Below are positions 57,872 through 58,517 of a DNA stretch of 58,517 nucleotides, one piece after another. The stretch comes from Acidimicrobiia bacterium. GTDB lineage: Bacteria > Actinomycetota > Acidimicrobiia > Spongiisociales > UBA5794. The stretch spans positions 1 to 58,517 of the forward strand of contig JABDJC010000083.1 in assembly GCA_013003395.1 (NCBI GenBank), read 5' to 3'. A program made the position numbers and the translations under genes. Below the pieces are notes generated by a model. That model had not been told where the DNA came from. It saw nothing but the letters and a program-made list of their open reading frames with translations, and made no database searches. Positions within the stretch are counted from its first letter, which is position 1, and the number at the start of each line of letters is the position of its first letter.

Positions 57872-58326
57872 TGCCCATGGCCCACATCGAAGGCTCGGAG
57901 CTTGTAGCCCGCCTCTCAGCCGACCAGCTTGCCTATCTCGAGTCCGTTGGCGAGGAGCGACACTTCGAAGAGAACGAGATCCTGTTTTCCGAAGACGGTT
58001 CTGCAGACGAGTTCCACGTCATCGTGAGCGGACGCGTCGGCCTCGAACTGTCGGGTCCCAGGATGGGTCCCCTGGTCATCCAGACACTCGGCCGAGGTGA
58101 CCTTGTCGGTCTGAGTTGGCTGTTTCCACCGTATCGCTGGGCGTGGCGCGCACGAGCCAGGGTCGCGACGACAACGATCGCGTTTGATGCAGCACAGGTC
58201 AGGGAGCAGTGCGATCGCGACGTGTCGTTCGATCGGGCCTTCACGTCGATCGTCGCTCGGGAAGCGCTCCGACGGCTCCAAGCGACGCGCACCCAGATCC
58301 TCGATCTGTACGAGGTGCCGAAGTGA
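57868..58326 (+). CDS. Cyclic-nucleotide-binding domain protein
   Basis: 152 aa. FEENEILFSEDGSADEFHVIVSGRVGLE...LGRGDLVGLSWLF is a cNMP-binding beta-roll pattern. ATGA overlap upstream and GTGA overlap downstream. Confidence 0.8.
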   Translation: MMPMAHIEGSELVARLSADQLAYLESVGEERHFEENEILFSEDGSADEFHVIVSGRVGLELSGPRMGPLVIQTLGRGDLVGLSWLFPPYRWAWRARARVATTTIAFDAAQVREQCDRDVSFDRAFTSIVAREALRRLQATRTQILDLYEVPK

Positions 58327-58517
58327 TCGGGACCAACGACCCCACACTGCGTCCCGTCGAGCCGACGTTGCTTCGGCCCTTCACAGTGCATTCAGTTCGT
58401 CGTGAGACGATCGACACCGTGACTCTCGGGTTCGTCTCCGCAGACGGGCAACCGTTGCCTTTCGAGCCCGGACAGTTCGTGATGATCTACGTCATGGGGG
58501 TTGGCGAGGTTCCGATC
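58323..58517 (+). CDS. FAD/NAD(P)-binding oxidoreductase, AsrB / hydrogenase gamma-subunit-like (partial, runs off the right edge)
   Basis: FTVHSVRRETIDTVTLGF...FEPGQFVMIYVMGVGEVPI matches the N-terminal FAD-binding barrel of this family. Confidence 0.7.
   Translation, partial: MIGTNDPTLRPVEPTLLRPFTVHSVRRETIDTVTLGFVSADGQPLPFEPGQFVMIYVMGVGEVPI

Overview
High-GC (about 65-70%) actinobacterial-type chromosomal segment, tightly packed with about 65 genes, many joined by ATGA/GTGA start-stop overlaps. Most of it is conserved housekeeping. This includes gltX with tRNA-Gln/tRNA-Glu, ilvE, pgpA, ppc, gatCAB, a dapC-dapD-dapE operon, ligA and a cysteine desulfurase-mnmA pair. It also includes meaB, nfu, murA with a SpoIID-like gene, rpiB, ppk1 with a NUDIX/histidine-phosphatase fusion, and pgl. 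Several pairings (FAH-gltX, ppk1-mutT1-like, iscS-mnmA, gatCAB-ligA region) match my memory of Mycobacterium synteny. Accessory or unusual content: (1) a 1360-aa protein with two complementary degenerate cyclase domains, a P-loop STAND module and TPR-like repeats. It sits divergently from a three-gene module: a phytoene/squalene-synthase-like enzyme, a 74-aa NHLP-like small protein and a tocopherol/sterol-type methyltransferase. This module is my best candidate for an undescribed system. (2) A SatD/SatC-like pair behind the only strongly AT-rich intergenic region. Its repeated CTATATCTG motif recurs 36 kb away, upstream of a redox operon. (3) A small mobile/decay patch: a frameshifted DUF222-HNH endonuclease next to a vapBC-like toxin-antitoxin pair. 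A second HNH fragment and a multiply frameshifted methyltransferase remnant lie at the left edge, near the tRNAs. (4) A right-edge operon of a 4Fe-4S protein, a cNMP-binding protein and an FAD/NAD oxidoreductase that runs off the window. I saw no CRISPR array, rRNA, transposase or integrase. All family assignments come from motif recognition by eye, not from database searches.
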